Below are positions 59,395 through 64,000 of a stretch of 64,000 bases of DNA, one piece after another. The translations under genes and the position numbers were made by a program. The stretch is from Eutreptiella sp. 'Long Island Sound 2002' (taxonomy: Eukaryota > Protista > Euglenida). Below the pieces are notes generated by a model. It did no database searches and had not been told where the DNA came from. It worked only from the letters and a program-made list of their open reading frames with translations. Where the stretch lies: contig OZ038378.1 of assembly GCA_964036045.1 (NCBI GenBank), positions 11,408,001-11,472,000 of the forward strand. Reading direction: 5' to 3'. The stretch's first letter is position 1, and each line of letters opens with the position of its first letter.

Positions 59395-60005
59395 GGCTAG
59401 TGTGGCTGTCCTTGTTCAGCCTTCCCTTGAAGTCCAACTTGTTCGCATGATGCAAGAAGTAGTCAAGAGAGACCCAAAAAACTTCTCACACAAGAAAATC
59501 ACATCTGTCAATATGGATCTGCCGTTGCACCTTCTTGAAGTCGAGGTTGTGCTTGAGGGTTTAGAGGAATCAAAAAAGGCCCTTGCGCAGATTTGGGTTT
59601 GGGCATTGTGTTGGCTGTGCAACGTTTTGCAACAAAGGGGAACACTATGAATCATGGGTAGTGGCTCGGTATCCCTAGGCCACTGGCCCAAATGCTTAAA
59701 GTGACCACATAACCCCTGTCATCTCGTAACTCCAAACAAAATGGCTACACAACCCCTACTGCCTCAGGGACTCCAAAGCGAAGAGGACTCAAAATGGATA
59801 CATGGGATGTATTGTATTGGGGACGGGCAACAGGTGCATCATTTGTGAAGGGAAGAGGCCCAAAAGGGGGAATGTAGTGAATAAATGTGAAAAAAAAAAT
59901 GGTACATGGGAACAGTACACAAAAAGTTTCTATATGCATGCACCCCAAGCATCCCCGTTATATAACCCCCTTGCTGCTACCCCAAATGGGTGTGGGTGCG
60001 TGAGC
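59395..60005 (+). repeat. Dispersed repeat of about 610 bp, copy 2
   Basis: Nearly identical by eye to 21854-22463. Confidence 0.92.
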
Positions 60006-61272
60006 AATTATAGGATAAAAGGATTATAGCAACAAATCATATGTGGCTTGCGAACTGCATCCAAGACAGTTGCAAATCTTATCAACCTTGAAGATCTAGA
60101 CTAAGGGCCAAATAGGGGGCAATGTTGCTAATTGCTTGCATCCAACTGACAAGTGTTTGCATCAATGGGATGCAACTATCAATGGGCCCATTGGTGTAAT
60201 AAGGCACTCGCTTAAACTCCAACATGACCCTCGACGACGTTCAAGTCAAGACTGGGAGCACCCTCAGCGACGAAAGAAGCAAGGGGAAGACCAAAGGAAA
60301 GAACAAGACCAAGACGCGTGCCAAGCCCCAACAGTCCGAGGAGGAGAACTACACCACGTGTGTGCCTTTGTATATCATCAGTCAATCTATCACATGTATC
60401 TGGGCACAAACGACGTCGCCTACAACTGTGTACGCTGTGAGTGTGGTGCTTAAAATCGTTAGCCCGGGGCGAGATTTCAACGCGCCATCATCACCCTGAG
60501 ATTTCTCGGGCCTACCAGCCCGGCGGCGACACCGGAGAAGCGCAGGCGGCCCAGCCAAAGCAGCCCTTAATTTCCACCTCCCTTCCTTGTCTTATTTGTT
60601 TGCCCTCGCCTTCTCTCCCCTTTCCCTATCACCCTGCCGGCAGAGAAAAAGAACCGCCTTCACGTTTGTGGGTGGCAATAGGAATGCCTCCAGTTTCCAG
60701 CAGCTTAAACTTGTCAAATTTATTGGACATGGATCTCCGTGGCTTCGTGTGCACGGAAAGTTCTTTATCACTTCTGCTCAACTGGCTGTGTCTTTCAGTA
60801 TGGTGTTGTGCCCGTGTTGCCTTGCCGGGCCTACCTTGTGGAAGCTTTCAGATGTGTGTCACTGGAGGTGCTACAAAAGTGAAAACCGAACAAGTCCAAT
60901 TAACCTTTGCCTTCCATTCTTCCATTTAAGATCCTTTGAAGAATGCGCCTTGCATTGTTGCTATCCGCGTGGGATGTTTGGGGGGAGGATGGTTCCGGGT
61001 TTGTCACCAATCCGAGCACTCCCGAATTGGAGTTGCAATCACTTCGCCAATACCACACAGGACGGGTGCTTGAGTTGCATGTTTTAAAATTTTGGTGTTG
61101 GAGGTACCTTGAACGGGTGACGTTGAGCCTCTTGTTTGAAGCAAGCCCCGCGTCCTACCTCTTTACAGGGTTTTATGTTGAATTGACGTCAGTGCTCATG
61201 GCTGCTTGCTTCACACCAATCTTTGGTTGCCGTTTGCGTTGCTATTGAGGATTTCGTTGGGGTGGAATCCGC

Positions 61273-61902
61273 ATGCCACGTCTAGTTTGTGGTATTGGCG
61301 GTCCGAGTGGGAGTGGCAAGACAACCTTGGCGACAAGAGTTTGCGCTCGCCTTGAAGAACAAGGCATACAAACCGTCATCGTCCCGGAGGATCGCTACTT
61401 TATATTCCCCTTTAACCCAGACTACCGCACACGGGATCCTAGGAGTGAGACACCGGAGAACGTGGATTGGCTCAGGTTGTGTGCTGACATCGAGCGGTGT
61501 TTGGACTCCTTGCAAGGAGACGATGCCGTAGTTCTTGTGGAGCATTTCTTGCTCCTAGCTCACGCAAGCCTTCTTGCTAAACTAGATTTGGCCCTAGTCC
61601 TTGATGGCGACAAGTTGGAATGCAAAACTCGCCGCTTGTCGCGACAAGTACGTACACCGGAGCAAACTGAAGCGTTGAGTGAGTATTACGATCGACATGT
61701 GTGGCCCGGCTACTTGCGCTACACCAAGTCCAAGGCCACGGAGCTACTTGCCACCCAACAAAGCGACGCTCGTGGTGTTCCTATTCCACCAACAAATGCA
61801 CCGGAAAGCAAGATGCCAATGGTCGGTGTTCTAGATGCTACGATGTCGGTGGACGTGTTGTTGCAGGAAGCCCTTGCCTTTTTGTTGTCGCAAAGTGACT
61901 AG
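61273..61902 (+). CDS. Nicotinamide riboside kinase-like P-loop kinase (uridine kinase/NRK family), 209 aa, intronless
   Basis: Walker A GGPSGSGKTT, then VPEDRYF and VVLVEHFLL. ECKTRRLSR and YYDRHVWPGY match NRK-type ECKRRRSTR and YFDGHVWPMY better than uridine kinase. Confidence 0.82.
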   Translation: MPRLVCGIGGPSGSGKTTLATRVCARLEEQGIQTVIVPEDRYFIFPFNPDYRTRDPRSETPENVDWLRLCADIERCLDSLQGDDAVVLVEHFLLLAHASLLAKLDLALVLDGDKLECKTRRLSRQVRTPEQTEALSEYYDRHVWPGYLRYTKSKATELLATQQSDARGVPIPPTNAPESKMPMVGVLDATMSVDVLLQEALAFLLSQSD

Positions 61903-64000
61903 CGGTACACAAACGTTGCGAAGTGCCAAAAGCAAAGCATGGAAGCGTGCATCTCCTGCCTTGGACGATCTACACAGAAGGAAAAAACCCCACGGTGTCC
62001 GACTTCGTTTTCTCAAACGACATGCACATTTCATTTTTGCTTGGCAAGTTGCCACTTGGCACTTGTGCGCCACCCACACGGCATGCGTTGTTGTGGTTGA
62101 TTGATTGAGCCGTAATTGAGACACCCACATATTACATCAACATGCTGCCCGTTGAGCCCCCCATCCCCCCCCCCCCCCGATAGTAGACCCACGGGCCTCT
62201 TCAAGTGTACATTGCCGAAGCGGGTTTTGTTGAAGTTGAGCCCTGGAACTTGTTTTGACCTTGTACAATGTTTTCAAACTTCATGAAACCATGTGCTCCT
62301 AGCGAGCCGGTGTTTTTTGATTTTCATTTTTCCACCGAATAAACTTTTCTTGGTGATGGTGGCATCATTTGGTGACATCAAAATATCACAACAACTGCAT
62401 CATGCAAAATTAAGATTCTTGAGGTTTAAGCGGGTTTGGTTTTTATTTTGTGTGTCGCCCATTTCTCGGAATCGTGTGAGAAATTTTCATCCATATTTAA
62501 CTTTGAAGTCTCCGGTTCATGGTATCTTGCACATTAGGGCTTGGGGGATCAAGGTTCGCATTTGTTTCTTGACGTGCCCCAACGTGCCTTGAATACTTTG
62601 CCGTGAATGCTTGGTGTGTGCCCTTTTGATATGTCTAAGGTTGCATCTTCATCCCACAGACACAGTGATTCTACCCCGTGATTTGTTCGGTTGTAGCATA
62701 GATATGTGTTCATGGCATGATATGAGTGTGCTACGCCATCTATCGAAGAGACTCTACCGATGAGCCACACTGCATTCTCCATCACCGCTCAATGGTCGGC
62801 ACCGATTGACTGAATGGCCCTTTCAGCCGTTAGTCCAAAGGTGCAACGCTTCGATGCGCTCGTGTGGTGTATGTTACAGCGAGTGGGTAAGGGCGAATAT
62901 CATACAAGGCACCACATGGCAGGGCACCATGTGGCGCCAATCAAACCTGCAAAGATTTTCGTTTCGGTGCTTGTACACCTCACCAGCTTCATAGGCTAGA
63001 CCGAAGGATTGCAATCAGGCGATACCATTCGGTATTTTCCAAACCATGACAGTCCCACACTCGCAATTGCAAGTGTGATCTTTGATGCACGATGCATAAT
63101 GGCTAAAAGTGCGGCAATTTGTTGCAATCAACACATGGAGCACAATTGTGACATGGTGATTTTTCTATGATGTGTTGGCATGCTAGCATTTCCTTGTTCT
63201 AAGGATGTCGATGGGGTTCAATCAACTTGCGGAAGGACGGAGTGATGGTACCGGCATGCACGGCTTAAAGGGTGCTACAAGTCGGGGTATTGTCATCCTT
63301 TTCTCATTTACCTAATGCCTCGTGAACGTATATGATGGAAGAGTCAAGGAAGAGGGCAAATGTGCGGTTCAAAAACCAAGAGGTGCGCATAGTCGCAAGC
63401 ACTCGCATGAACACGACAACATTTCTCACATTTGGCTTTCAATCTAAGATGTCTTTAAGCGGTTCCACCCCATAGGTCACACATAGCCTCAAGCTCACTC
63501 ACTTACTCTCACTCTCTATCTCTCTCTATCTCTCTCTGGCTCCTTGTCAGGGTTTGAGGATGACCGTTGTGGATCGCGCTCTCGCTCTGGTGCTGTGGTG
63601 AATTAGTTGTCATCAAAACTAACAAATTGGAAACCATTTTGTAGTTTGCATCCAACGGCAAGGTAGGTGTTCATCATAATTCTTGTGATCTATGAGGAGG
63701 AACGCTTAGGGTGTGTCAGAGGGAGCACGTGGTGAGAGGGTGGCCCGCAAACACGGTGGACACAACCCATGGGTGGCGGCGGGCCAGCAGCATGCAATAC
63801 GTAACCCCCACGCCCACTTAGCCTAGGGGTTGGGGGGTGTCCTAGACTCCGTGCCCGGAGACCATCCCATGGCCTATACGCATGCACCAGGTCTAAGGGG
63901 ACAATGGACATGGTGGCATTCGTGTTGCATGTGCATGGTGACCCAATGCAGCCATTGTGTGCACAGGAAGTGTACTTGTGGGTTGAGATAAAGCACCACA

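Noticed and set aside
1-64000. rRNA, tRNA or spliced-leader RNA genes
   Set aside because: No recognisable conserved motifs were seen by eye; a covariance-model scan would be needed to exclude them formally.

Overview
This is a 64-kb window of a repeat-rich, intron-containing eukaryotic genome. It is most likely a photosynthetic euglenid, inferred from a bipartite plastid-type presequence, a receptor-type cyclase and YAG acceptors just upstream of start codons. Four genes can be reconstructed from the sequence. (1) A 7-exon, about 1272-aa receptor-type class III adenylyl cyclase on the minus strand (37788-13655): signal peptide, two PstS-like binding domains, one TM helix and two complementary cyclase domains. 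(2) A 4-exon, about 624-aa violaxanthin de-epoxidase-related (VDR) gene on the minus strand (56093-47456). (3) An intronless FAM133-like gene on the minus strand (2769-2212). (4) An intronless nicotinamide-riboside-kinase-like gene on the plus strand (61273-61902). A probable terminal exon of a fifth gene lies at the left edge. All nine reconstructed introns are GT-AG, and five are bracketed by 6-8 nt junctional direct repeats (AG|GTGC or ATCAG|GTC). Introns and intergenic DNA are filled with degenerate transposons: a Harbinger/PIF-like family with a C-terminal Cys/His finger, a ZnF-TTF hAT relic, MITEs and a chromodomain relic. They also carry several unrelated hairpin-bearing minisatellites arranged in inverted, foldback-like layouts. 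No rRNA, tRNA or CRISPR array was recognised. Repeat boundaries are approximate and were read by eye; exon coordinates were checked for splice dinucleotides and phase.
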